A DNA stretch of 64,000 nt from a virus (IMGVR_UViG_3300021387_001147:1-64000), one strand, 5' to 3'. Shown: positions 30,601 to 39,386, counted from the stretch's first letter. The notes: generated by a model not told the origin, from the letters alone. Numbers and translations are program-made.

Positions 30601-32401
30601 TAAAGTTGCTAGTGCTATAGTCGAGGATTCTGGTGCGAATTCTATGAATGAGTATGCTATGCTCGCATATCAGGCAGCTGGAACTTCTGAACAGATTCTT
30701 AAGGTATGGACTAAAGATTCTAGTCTTGCTGATACTACAATTGATGGCGGATTCATTAAAACTCATACCATAGATTCTGAGCGGCTTAAAACTGATGCTA
30801 TAATGTCTGGGAACTATGATCCGTATAGTGGAGGAAAAGCAGCATACAATATTGCACTTTCTAACGATATGCATACCTTCACTACTGGTGGAAGCTCTAC
30901 TTTGATTAACGTTGTAGGCTACAAAGGAAGAACTAAAGTTGCCACTAGAGTAGCTTTAAAAAATGCTGCACCTTCTGGTATGACCTGTTCCATTTCTGAT
31001 AATAATACAGTAAATACTAAGTGCACTGTTACTACCTCTTCATCTTTTAATAGAAGTGGTTCGCTTACTTTTGTCGTTACAGTCGGAAGTGGGACAGAAG
31101 CTTATAGTGTAGAAAGAACTTTTACATATAATGTTTCGTCAGTTAATAGGCAGCTTAGCTTAATCTACATTGTTGACACTTCTAGCTATCCAGTATCAAT
31201 CATTGAGAAGAAAACTGATAATACATTTAACCCGGATAACATATCTGTACAAGCTACAGCTATACCTGGCGGTATATACAACGGACGCTTTCGTATAGAG
31301 ACAACTGCCAATATAGAAGACAATCCAGAAAATACTTATTGGGCGTCCCAATACGAATCGTCACAGGATGAGTTTATGTATAGGTATACTGCCATCCCTG
31401 ACAAAGTAAAAGCTATCAGATTTTCATTGTATGCATCTGGCGGGTTTACAACACTTCTTGATCAGCAGACTGTACTTGTAGCCACTGATTTTGCAGCGTT
31501 TTCAGCACAGGGTACATATCTTGACTTAGCTACAGGAAACTTTTATTCTCCGAATTTTGCAGTAATAAATACCGCTCCTTCTGATACCGGCTTTACTAAG
31601 GGCACTTATATGGGACCATGGAGAGTTACAGAAGACGCTATTTGGAAGATAAGCCAAAAGTTTAAGAATTCTCAAGCGAACTCTGCATATTTTGGAAATG
31701 AAGGCATTAGTATTACTGATAAGTTTAGCGTTGACAAGACTGGATATTTGGATACGAAAAAAGGCAAGATTGGCGATTGGTATATCGATGATGTTAATGG
31801 ATATTTAAGAAGCGCCGACAGTACTGTTATAATATCACCTAAAAGTACCAAAGATGGAGATAATTATATATACGCGAAATTCGGTGGAACATGGATAGAT
31901 AATCAAGGAAGCATGTATACAAGAGGCATAAATCTTGAGAAATGGATCAGTGCCTATAATATTCATGGGTTTGCCAGTGCACTTGTACCGCAGTGCGGAA
32001 AAGAGCTTGGCATTAACAACAGTACTGATTATAATTTTGTAAAGTTCGGAAGTTATGCTTCAGCATGGATAGCAGCTCACGAGTCAGACAGTTTATTATA
32101 TGCAAGAGCTGGTGGCGTAATATATGAACTTGGCAACTTCTTGTCCAATACAGTATGTCTTCGATATAAAAAATCGTCTATAAGAACTGACACTTTCACC
32201 GACGTTCAGCTTGGAAAAGTATATTTTGTTTCGATTTATCATACGCAATATGGTGACAGTATTGGTCTTTATATGGTTATTGGTGGTAAAGCAACGTACT
32301 GTACAATAATCGGCGGAGCTAATCTTAGATTAACAGTTACTGCCAATTCAATAGCATTCGAAGACACTAAGAATACTTCATCTTGGTACATTTACTATTA
32401 A
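27698..32401 (+). CDS. large tail fibre/central tail protein with Ig-like repeats
   Basis: 1567 aa; repeated SLY..GG.T.LLDQQTV modules, short collagen linkers, SQTADKISWLV coiled region. Confidence 0.7.
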   Translation: MSIAFGSITLSCVNDGEPGRNGVGISSTVVEYATGSSQTIPPEYTLVDENNTVLVDGDGAILTNGQWETEIPVVHDGMYLWSRTITTYDDGTFSISYSVSRDGIGILTEKRQYYLSDSPTTLSGGSWVYEQPYPIPAGKYMWGRLEFKMTDGTTTYSEAVYENTLSGIINKTDAIEGKITQKIWQTDIESAIDDFDTLEGNTTIRDRISEFSQDLDGIHTTIGDKTSSPSGILERLSRVSQTADKISWLVKSGDNISNMVLTDEMFNLITQKINISGKVTFSAFDSAAQQKFNDMETDLSNINIRDFKQEYGYSTSRTVQPVSWQTNVPEAAEGRYIWQKTTYTTKGSSQKIEEIVCLTGQKGDTGPAGSSVTAYTLEVSHAAVAKAVNGSYNPASITLNARSKVGSSPASDYSGRFVIETSTDGSTWRNPPDYTSSINEAIRSFTIPSGTVAIRCSLYAAGGTTTLLDQQTVPVVNDGANGGKGEDAYTIILTNEAHTFIGNSSTVIPTSVNCGVIAYKGATQIAAHIGEITGKPSGLSTSITNNDTTTARFTVSVTSSLASNNGTLTVPIVADGKQFTKYFSYSVSLKGATGAQGPAGKGITNTDIAYCVGESGTEAPGGYTIWADGDGAKLTDGDGAYLIDSTWSTTIPDVPDGSFLWVRKIETYSDGSSTTSYSVARSGVSGGDAYTVMLTNESHTFLGAEDHAIGGTVIFEVAAYKGAGRIEATIGNISSTSGGSSVSVTGMSVTVTENGTKNPKISVTVTDKMKDANGILYIPITVDGNTFTKEFTYSVAFKGKDGKDAKVRYLEVSNVAIVRDSSGTYTPNYIQVGAKERSGTSAMTGYSGRFKIETTENFTNWTARYTTPSDVSAYIYSNFPANIKAIRCSLYEAGGTTVLLDQQTVAIVENGSEGRGVASIEYYYCLSENKPVTNPIDDKVNWSTTPQKYDDVSKKYWTCTVTTYSDGSKVASAIVEDSGANSMNEYAMLAYQAAGTSEQILKVWTKDSSLADTTIDGGFIKTHTIDSERLKTDAIMSGNYDPYSGGKAAYNIALSNDMHTFTTGGSSTLINVVGYKGRTKVATRVALKNAAPSGMTCSISDNNTVNTKCTVTTSSSFNRSGSLTFVVTVGSGTEAYSVERTFTYNVSSVNRQLSLIYIVDTSSYPVSIIEKKTDNTFNPDNISVQATAIPGGIYNGRFRIETTANIEDNPENTYWASQYESSQDEFMYRYTAIPDKVKAIRFSLYASGGFTTLLDQQTVLVATDFAAFSAQGTYLDLATGNFYSPNFAVINTAPSDTGFTKGTYMGPWRVTEDAIWKISQKFKNSQANSAYFGNEGISITDKFSVDKTGYLDTKKGKIGDWYIDDVNGYLRSADSTVIISPKSTKDGDNYIYAKFGGTWIDNQGSMYTRGINLEKWISAYNIHGFASALVPQCGKELGINNSTDYNFVKFGSYASAWIAAHESDSLLYARAGGVIYELGNFLSNTVCLRYKKSSIRTDTFTDVQLGKVYFVSIYHTQYGDSIGLYMVIGGKATYCTIIGGANLRLTVTANSIAFEDTKNTSSWYIYY

Positions 32402-32424
32402 CTTTTTGAGAAAGGAGATAACAA

Positions 32425-33393
32425 ATGCCTGATCAAACACGAAATCTTAATAGTGTTACAGACTTTGCTGGAACACTAGATAGCAACGATCGAATCATCA
32501 TGACAGACAACAAGGCTTCACTTAAAGCTCTTACTACCGCTATTCTTGGTAAGGCGATAATTGAAGGGTATACTGGATCATCGTTAGCAGGAGCGAGTCA
32601 GTCTGTTAAGTCTGCTATTGATAGTTTAAATAGCAAACAAGCAGGAGCAAACGCAGGTGGTCACAACTCCGTTTTCCGTGGCAAGAACCTCGGAACATCT
32701 GTTACCGCTTCTCAGTGGTCGGCAATCAGCGGTGGGACGTTCGATGATTTGTATATTGGCGACTATTGGGTAATTAACTCAGTAACGTGGCGTATTGCAG
32801 CTTTCGACTATTGGCTGAATTGCGGTGACACAGCATGCACGACTCACCATGCTGTCATCGTTCCTGACAGCAATTTGCTGAACGCAGACGGAAGCACAAC
32901 GCATTATATGAATACTTCAAATACTACTGAAGGCGGCTACATTGGGAGCGGATTTTTCTCCGGTACGAATGCCGACAGTTCATCGAATACGGCGAAAGCG
33001 CAGTGCGTCACAAAGGCACAGAATGCTTTCGGGTCTTCACATATTCTGACTCACAGAGAATATTTCTCTAATGCAGTAACGAACGGATATGTATCTGGAG
33101 GAACGTGGACAGACAGCACTGTAGATTTGATGAACGAGTCGATGGTATATGGCAACAAGTTCTTCGAGAACATCATTAACGGAACAAATGTTCCTGCCGC
33201 ATATACTATTGATAAAGTACAGCTCCCCCTGTTTGCTTTTACACCGCAGTATATTTGTAATCGTGCGGACTGGTGGCTTCGTTCTGTTGTTTCTTCTTCG
33301 CATTTCGCTCGTGTCGGCGCCAGCGGGCTTTGCTACTACTTCGACGCTTCGAGCCCAGGGCTTGGGCTTCGCCCGGCTTTCGGAATCAAATAA
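32425..33393 (+). CDS. DGR-type target protein (C-type lectin-like C-terminus), putative receptor binding
   Basis: KNLGTSVT..GTFDDLYIGDYW N-domain; C-terminal WWLRS..F..V..G..AS..G.RPAF typical of DGR variable domains. Confidence 0.75.
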   Translation: MPDQTRNLNSVTDFAGTLDSNDRIIMTDNKASLKALTTAILGKAIIEGYTGSSLAGASQSVKSAIDSLNSKQAGANAGGHNSVFRGKNLGTSVTASQWSAISGGTFDDLYIGDYWVINSVTWRIAAFDYWLNCGDTACTTHHAVIVPDSNLLNADGSTTHYMNTSNTTEGGYIGSGFFSGTNADSSSNTAKAQCVTKAQNAFGSSHILTHREYFSNAVTNGYVSGGTWTDSTVDLMNESMVYGNKFFENIINGTNVPAAYTIDKVQLPLFAFTPQYICNRADWWLRSVVSSSHFARVGASGLCYYFDASSPGLGLRPAFGIK

Positions 33394-33423
33394 TCTTTAA
33401 TCTCCGCCCCTCGTGGGCGGAGA
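33271..33423 (+). other. DGR variable repeat, IMH and cruciform hairpin
   Basis: 7 A in 111 nt (33271-33381); NNY codons at the variable positions; tctccgccc-ctcgt-gggcggaga hairpin at 33401-33423. Confidence 0.7.
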
Positions 33424-33449
33424 GGTAATTCTGAAAGGAGGAGTTGACT

Positions 33450-33497
33450 ATGTCAGTTCCTAAGTACCAATTTAACTCATTACTTTTCACAAGTTAA
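33450..33497 (+). pseudogene. possible stump of DGR avd gene (MSVPKYQFNSLLFTS*)
   Basis: Strong GAAAGGAGG RBS before a 15-codon ORF at the position avd normally occupies. Confidence 0.4.
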
Positions 33498-33523
33498 CAC
33501 ACTACTAAGAGAAAGGAGACTCA

Positions 33524-33973
33524 ATGAAAAAGAATCTGACTACAGCCCAAGTTTTATATTTGCTTGACTTCTATGGCGGGATGAATGAAGAAAAGCTTAA
33601 CGAACTTGGGATTAAAGTCAGGTGGGCACTAAAGAGAGCTGTGAGTTCTGTGTATCCTATAGCTAAGCAGTTCGAGGATTTCAGAAAAGAAGAAATTGAA
33701 AAGATCCGAGCCAATTATGCCACACCTGAAAAATCTGTAATTGAGCAAGACGGAGAAGAAACTAAAAGATCTATAAAAGATGAATTCAAAGAAGCTTATC
33801 AGAAAGATCTTGATAGTCTTAATAAAGCCTTACGAGAGCTTTTGGATGAGCAGCACGAATTTGAGTATGGCGGAGTTGATATGGATACGGTTGTTGAATC
33901 GTTACCAGACAACTCCGTTTTTACGTTTAAAGATCTTGAAATATTAAGTGATTTCATAGGAGAAGACCGATGA
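33524..33973 (+). CDS. hypothetical protein (possibly fibre assembly)
   Basis: 149 aa, GAAAGGAG RBS. Confidence 0.7.
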   Translation: MKKNLTTAQVLYLLDFYGGMNEEKLNELGIKVRWALKRAVSSVYPIAKQFEDFRKEEIEKIRANYATPEKSVIEQDGEETKRSIKDEFKEAYQKDLDSLNKALRELLDEQHEFEYGGVDMDTVVESLPDNSVFTFKDLEILSDFIGEDR

Positions 33974-34065
33974 AAGAAAAAACGGATATTAAAGATTTGA
34001 TTCCTGAAGCTACTGACGAAACAAAAGAAGAGCTTTCAGACAATAAAGGAGACGATGAAGAATGA
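33970..34065 (+). CDS. 31-aa acidic peptide
   Basis: MKEKTDIKDLIPEATDETKEELSDNKGDDEE; ATGA overlaps at both ends. Confidence 0.55.
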   Translation: MKEKTDIKDLIPEATDETKEELSDNKGDDEE

Positions 34066-35030
34066 GTTATTCGAATAGTTCCCTTGCTACATATACAAAG
34101 CTAAGTCCAAATAATTCAGGTCTTAGAGCTCACACTATTGACCGGATCAGTCCTCATTGCGTGGTTGGTCAATGCTCGATTCAGAGTCTTGGATCATGGT
34201 TTGCACTTAGTTCAACCAGAGCTTCTTCTAACTATGGCATTGATAAGGATGGCAAGATTGGTCTTTTCGTTGAGGAGAAAAATAGATCCTGGTGTACATC
34301 GAGTTCAGCTAACGATAATAGAGCTATTACTATTGAGTGCGCTTCCGACTCTACCGATCCTTATACAATGCATAACTGTGTTTACACTTCTCTTATTAAG
34401 CTTTGCGCCGATATTTGTAAGAGAAATGGCAAGACGAAGCTTCTTTGGATTCCTGATAAGAATAAAGCACTCAATTATTCACCGAAATCTGATGAAATGC
34501 TGATTACAGTGCACCGGTGGTTTGCAAATAAGTCTTGCCCAGGAGACTGGTTATATTCTAGACTTGGAAGTCTTGCAGATCAGGTCAATAAATTACTTGG
34601 CGCTAAAACTGAAACCGCTAAGCCTTCTATCTCTACAGCAACTACTCCTGGAACAACTAAATCTCATTCGACTCTTAGACTTAATTCTCCTGAGTATGAA
34701 GAGGTCAAGACATTGCAGACTTACCTCAACAAGTTTGGAGCGAATCTTGTAGTGGATGGACTCTTTGGAATTAAGACTTATCTAGCCGTTCGCGAATTTC
34801 AGAAGAATTACGATCTGTTTGTTGATGGCATTGTAGGACCTAATACTTGGGGTAAACTTGATAGCCTTGTTAAGAATGCATCTAGCAAGAAGACAGTATC
34901 CGAACTTGCTAAAGAAGTTATCTCCGGTAAATGGGGCAATTGGCCAGATCGTGAGAAGAGATTGACTTCAGCTGGATACAGCTATAAAGAAGTTCAGGAC
35001 GAAGTTGACAAACTCATGGGCAAGAAATAA
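34062..35030 (+). CDS. endolysin: amidase_2 + PG-binding + CW_7
   Basis: ISPHCVVG..ASSNYGI..ITIECAS..VHRWFANKSCPG; LVVDGLFG..VDGIVGPNTW; ELAKEVISGKWGN..VQDEV. Confidence 0.9.
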   Translation: MSYSNSSLATYTKLSPNNSGLRAHTIDRISPHCVVGQCSIQSLGSWFALSSTRASSNYGIDKDGKIGLFVEEKNRSWCTSSSANDNRAITIECASDSTDPYTMHNCVYTSLIKLCADICKRNGKTKLLWIPDKNKALNYSPKSDEMLITVHRWFANKSCPGDWLYSRLGSLADQVNKLLGAKTETAKPSISTATTPGTTKSHSTLRLNSPEYEEVKTLQTYLNKFGANLVVDGLFGIKTYLAVREFQKNYDLFVDGIVGPNTWGKLDSLVKNASSKKTVSELAKEVISGKWGNWPDREKRLTSAGYSYKEVQDEVDKLMGKK

Positions 35031-35428
35031 TGTTCATATACCTTAACATGAATCCAGAAGCAAAAGAGACATTTGACTGTGTAATTAGAGCTGTTTCTTT
35101 TGTTCTTGGACTTGATTGGGATACTACTTTTCTCTACATAGCTATCGAGTGTCTAATTCATCATGATATGCCAGAGCAGAATTATATTTGGGCAGGGCTA
35201 CTTCGGAAAATGGGATTTACACGTCACATTATACCGGACACCTGCCCTGTTTGTTATACAGTAAAAGATTTCTGCCATGATCATCCTTATGGCACTTATC
35301 TTCTTGTAATTATAAGCCACGGTGAAGGTGGCGGACATGTCGTAGCAGTAGAGGATGGGAATTACTATGATATTTGGGACTCAGGCGATGAAGTTCCAAC
35401 GTACTACTGGACTAGAGAAAGGGGATAA
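35030..35428 (+). CDS. conserved phage protein, possible Cys-His peptidase fold
   Basis: NP..DCVIRA..HVVAVEDG.YYD.WDS. Confidence 0.5.
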   Translation: MFIYLNMNPEAKETFDCVIRAVSFVLGLDWDTTFLYIAIECLIHHDMPEQNYIWAGLLRKMGFTRHIIPDTCPVCYTVKDFCHDHPYGTYLLVIISHGEGGGHVVAVEDGNYYDIWDSGDEVPTYYWTRERG

Positions 35429-35433
35429 GACAA

Positions 35434-35919
35434 ATGGCATATAACTATTCACAATATCAGCCTGGGTACTATCAGGGCAATGGAAATGGGTATCCTCAGC
35501 AGAATCCTTATTATCAAACTGCTGTAAATACTCAGCAATATTCCGGCGGTGGGATGCAAACAGCTGTCCCAATGGCTCAAATGCAGCAGCCTATGAGTCA
35601 GCAGAGTGCTTCATCTGGAATTAACTGGGTTCAGGGTAGAGCAGGTGCAAATTCGTTTTATGTGGCTCCTGGACAGTCAGCTCTTTTGATGGACAGTGAA
35701 GATTCTGTCCTCTATGTGAAGTCCGTTGATATGACTGGAAGACCGATGCCTCTTGAAATTTATGATCTGGTTAAGAGAGATAGTGTCGTCGATGTTCCTC
35801 AGATTTCTCAGAGACAAGCTCCAGCATCTCAGCCTGCACCGGACATGAGTCAGTATGTAAAGGCTTCCGATCTTGAATCTATGGTCGAGAAGTATGTGAA
35901 TAAAGTCTTAGAGAAATGA
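35434..35919 (+). CDS. Gln/Tyr-rich protein (module gene 1)
   Basis: Low-complexity N-terminus; INWVQG..GA..VAPG..LLMDSE core. Confidence 0.75.
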   Translation: MAYNYSQYQPGYYQGNGNGYPQQNPYYQTAVNTQQYSGGGMQTAVPMAQMQQPMSQQSASSGINWVQGRAGANSFYVAPGQSALLMDSEDSVLYVKSVDMTGRPMPLEIYDLVKRDSVVDVPQISQRQAPASQPAPDMSQYVKASDLESMVEKYVNKVLEK

Positions 35920-35972
35920 AAATAGTAATCATTCTTCTTATAGTTCTTTATATCATTGCCACAATGTAAGAG

Positions 35973-36209
35973 GTGAATAATATGCCAAATCCCTTATTCA
36001 GTAGATTTGGAGGAGGATCAGGTCCAAAGATGCCTGGTCCTTTTTCTAACTTTATGAACATGATGAGCCAGTTCAGACAGTTCAGAAGTCAGTTTCAGGG
36101 AGATCCTAGGCAGCAAGTTCAGGAGCTTTTGAATTCCGGACAGATGACTCAGGAGCAATTCAATCAGTTAAGTAGCATGGCTAACCAATTTAAAGATATG
36201 TTCAAGTAA
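35973..36209 (+). CDS. Met/Gln-rich small protein (module gene 2)
   Basis: F.GDPRQQVQELLNSGQMTQEQFNQL. Confidence 0.75.
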   Translation: MNNMPNPLFSRFGGGSGPKMPGPFSNFMNMMSQFRQFRSQFQGDPRQQVQELLNSGQMTQEQFNQLSSMANQFKDMFK

Positions 36210-36464
36210 TGTTGTAGGTGGCTTGACGTCTTTACTGCATAAGTATGCGAACAAAAGGCCATGCTTAATAGTTTCTTTACAACAGAATATGGAACTCGTA
36301 GGGCTTAAGTTGGCTTGCTTCTTGAATTGCATCTTTTAACCACAACATAAAGTGTTTGCAAGTCCGTTTAGCTTTTGATTTATCTAAATTAATTCAAAAT
36401 GCAAGCCAATTTAAGAGTTTCTAAGTAACTTGTTAAGCGTTTTCTAAAAGGAGGAATATTTAAT

Positions 36465-37298
36465 ATGTCCTTGGTAAACGATGGAGCTGGTAATATGGTC
36501 ATGCCTGTAGGTCCTATGGGTGGATATGGAAATGGTAGTCTTGGATGGGGAGGAGATGGATCTTTCTGGATCATTATTCTTTTCCTGTTCGCTATGATGA
36601 ATGGCAATTGGGGAGGATGGGGCAATAATGCAGGCGCTGCTATGCCCTATATCATGAACAACACAACGAATAATGACATGCAGCGTGGATTTGATCAGCA
36701 GGCTATTATGGGCGGTATTAACGGTATCAACACAGCTCTTGCTAATGCCGAAGTGTCCAGATGTAACGCTCAGGCCAACATTCTTCAGACATTAAATCAG
36801 AACCAGTCGGCTGCAAATCAGGCTATGAATAGTCTCGCTATGAGTCTGCAGAACTGTTGCTGTGAGAATAGAGCAGGTCTTGCTGATCTTAAGTATACTG
36901 TTGCTACAGAGGCTTGTGCTGATCGTCAGGCTGTTACGAATGCTCTCTTCGATGTGACTACTGCTAATAACAATAATACGCAGCAGCTCGCAAATGCGAT
37001 CAACAACGGCATTCAGTCTATTCAGGATAAGCTTTGCAGTCTTGAGCTTGAAGGCGTTAAGAATCAGCTTGCTCAGGCGAATAGAGAGAATGCAGCTCTT
37101 CAGTCTCAGCTTGCTGTATCTAATCAGAATGCTATTATTCAGCAGGGATTCGCAAATGAGGTGGACAATCTCTACAATCGTCTGAATAATTGCCCAGTTC
37201 CTACCACTCCTGTTTATGGTCGTACTCCGATCTTTACCTGCAATAATGGCATGAGCGGATGCGGATGTGGCTGCAGCGGTAACGGCTTCGTAGCATAA
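36465..37298 (+). CDS. Gly-rich/TM + coiled-coil + CCC protein (module gene 3)
   Basis: GGDGSFWIIILFLFAMM; MQRGFDQQA; LQNCCCENR; Cys-rich C-terminus GCGCGC. Confidence 0.8.
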   Translation: MSLVNDGAGNMVMPVGPMGGYGNGSLGWGGDGSFWIIILFLFAMMNGNWGGWGNNAGAAMPYIMNNTTNNDMQRGFDQQAIMGGINGINTALANAEVSRCNAQANILQTLNQNQSAANQAMNSLAMSLQNCCCENRAGLADLKYTVATEACADRQAVTNALFDVTTANNNNTQQLANAINNGIQSIQDKLCSLELEGVKNQLAQANRENAALQSQLAVSNQNAIIQQGFANEVDNLYNRLNNCPVPTTPVYGRTPIFTCNNGMSGCGCGCSGNGFVA

Positions 37299-37313
37299 GG
37301 CTGGAGGTGCAAT

Positions 37314-37778
37314 ATGTCAGAATATTTAACCAGAGATGCAGTTGAAAGTGTAGCTCTTAATACTGCAATCCCATTCGTGGATTCTATTCCTTGTACTCGT
37401 GGCTATGTATGGCATCAGAGTGGTACAGGAATTTTTGTTCTGCGTGGCATCGTGAATAATCCTTGTGCTTCGTTCGCTCGCTATGAAGTAGAGTTTACAG
37501 GTAATATTGCTATTCCGACAGGCGGAGCAGTAACTCCGATTGCAACAGCTATTATTGTGTCAGGTGAGAGTCGTACTGGCAGTAGAAGTATATTTACTCC
37601 AGCTGCTGTAGATACATACGGCAATGTTACAAGCCGTGCTACGATCGATGTTCCTAAAGGATGCTGCTTCACCGTATCTGTTGAGTATGTGAATGGAGCC
37701 GTTGACAATCCTACTGCTACTCCGACTCCACTCATTAATGTGGTTGATGGCAGCTTGTCTATTAGAAGGTCAGCTTAA
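37314..37778 (+). CDS. beta-sandwich protein, BclA-CTD/C1q-like (module gene 4)
   Basis: GIFVLRG..ARYEVEF.GNIA..AI..GE..all-beta pattern; CC motif. Confidence 0.5.
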   Translation: MSEYLTRDAVESVALNTAIPFVDSIPCTRGYVWHQSGTGIFVLRGIVNNPCASFARYEVEFTGNIAIPTGGAVTPIATAIIVSGESRTGSRSIFTPAAVDTYGNVTSRATIDVPKGCCFTVSVEYVNGAVDNPTATPTPLINVVDGSLSIRRSA

Positions 37779-37795
37779 GAAAGGAGGGAGATCCC

Positions 37796-38191
37796 ATGAA
37801 AGAACTTGAGAATCTGAAAGAATTATATTTGGATGAAATTAAGGCTATCAACAAGAAGGGGGAGCTCACTCCTACTGATGCTGAAGCTGCAAAGAAAGCA
37901 CTCGAAGCTATCGAAAAGATCAATAAACTTTGCTATGACGAAGAGTACGAGGATGAAGGATATTCCGAAAGGATGTATCCTCGCTATTCTATGAATCGTT
38001 CCTACAGAAGCATGATGCCTGAGATGAGACCGTATGAGTATGACGATCATATGAGCCACACGGGTTATAGTGAAAGAAGAGGCAGAAGTGCTACCACAGG
38101 ACGTTATATTTCAAGACACGCTGGAAGTGATAACGATAACATGGTTATTGATGACATTATCGCGAAGCTTGAGAACATGAAGAACTATTAA
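37796..38191 (+). CDS. helical + Arg/Tyr/Met-rich protein (module gene 5)
   Basis: GYSERRGRSATTGRYISR. Confidence 0.7.
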   Translation: MKELENLKELYLDEIKAINKKGELTPTDAEAAKKALEAIEKINKLCYDEEYEDEGYSERMYPRYSMNRSYRSMMPEMRPYEYDDHMSHTGYSERRGRSATTGRYISRHAGSDNDNMVIDDIIAKLENMKNY

Positions 38192-38233
38192 CTTTTAAAC
38201 AGTATGCAATGATTTAACCTGGAGGCATATCGA

Positions 38234-38794
38234 ATGTCCATAGATGAAATCTTTTCCAAAATGTCTGAGCATATGGTAAAGGGAATGATGGTTCATGAGC
38301 AGCTTATGAATTCCTATTTATATTTGGGATTAAAAGGCTATGCTGCTTGTCACGAGTATCATTATCTTGAAGAGACGAAAGGACACATTAGGCTTAACAC
38401 ATACAAGATTGAACACTATGATTCACTTGTAGTAGGAACGTTTGATAGATCTGATGTTCCTGAAATTGTCCCAGAGTCATGGTTTAACTTCAAACGGAAT
38501 ACAGTTGATGCTAATACTCGAAATCAAGCAATAGCAGCTGCTTACGATGAATGGATTAATTGGGAATCTGAAACGAAAGTTTTATACGAAGAGATCTATT
38601 CAGACCTAATTAATCAGGGAGAAATTCCTTTCGCTGAATTCGTTAAGGAATACATCTTAGACGTTGAAGAAGAATTAGTTTATGCTAAATCTGAGAGACT
38701 CGCTAAATCGTCTATGGACTTCGACATAGTCTCCATTTTAGAAGAGCAGGAGCAGTATGAACGTTCTTTTAAAAAGAAAATCCGTAAAGGGTAA
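38234..38794 (+). CDS. ferritin-like four-helix protein (module gene 6)
   Basis: HEQ..GLKGY..HEYHYLEE..WE.E..LYE..EEEL pattern. Confidence 0.55.
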   Translation: MSIDEIFSKMSEHMVKGMMVHEQLMNSYLYLGLKGYAACHEYHYLEETKGHIRLNTYKIEHYDSLVVGTFDRSDVPEIVPESWFNFKRNTVDANTRNQAIAAAYDEWINWESETKVLYEEIYSDLINQGEIPFAEFVKEYILDVEEELVYAKSERLAKSSMDFDIVSILEEQEQYERSFKKKIRKG

Positions 38795-38824
38795 ATCATT
38801 TCATACTTCTCATGTGGAGGACGT

Positions 38825-39169
38825 ATGGGAATCATTGGATATATCTCTGCGCACTGGATCGAGTGGCTCTTCATGATCGTTACTGCTATCATAGGATTCG
38901 GTTATAGAACTGTTCTTAAGAGATTGCAAGAAGAAAAGCAGCGAAATGAAGCCATTGCTGAAGGTGTGCAGAGCCTTTTAAGAGAAAGCATTGTAAACAG
39001 TTACAACAAGTATCAGGATAAGGGCTTTTGTCCCATTTATGCGAAAGAGAGCATTCGTAAAGTTTATTTGGCTTATCATAATCTTGGCGGAAATGATGTA
39101 GCCACAAACCTTTACAATAATGTCTTAGCCATGAGGGAAGAGCCTGAAGGTAAAGAGAAGAATGAGTAA
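38825..39169 (+). CDS. N-terminal TM protein (lysis-associated)
   Basis: Single TM followed by IAEGVQSLLR..YHNLGGN. Confidence 0.6.
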   Translation: MGIIGYISAHWIEWLFMIVTAIIGFGYRTVLKRLQEEKQRNEAIAEGVQSLLRESIVNSYNKYQDKGFCPIYAKESIRKVYLAYHNLGGNDVATNLYNNVLAMREEPEGKEKNE

Positions 39170-39386
39170 TAAAGTGTATGATATTTTAAAATTCATTGCT
39201 CAGATCGTATTGCCTGCCATTGCGACTTTCTATGTAACGATTGCGGGCATTTGGAATTTGCCACTTGGAGATGAGATTAGCCGTACTGTTATGGCAATTG
39301 ATACTCTTCTTGGTGCAATCCTTATGATCTCTACTGCTTCGTATAAGAAAGGCCTTTTGGAAGAAAAGCCTGAAGCAGAGGAATGA
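39162..39386 (+). CDS. holin (Dp-1 type)
   Basis: MSNKVYDILKFIAQIVLPAIATFY..IWNLP..IDTLLGAIL.IST. Confidence 0.85.
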   Translation: MSNKVYDILKFIAQIVLPAIATFYVTIAGIWNLPLGDEISRTVMAIDTLLGAILMISTASYKKGLLEEKPEAEE

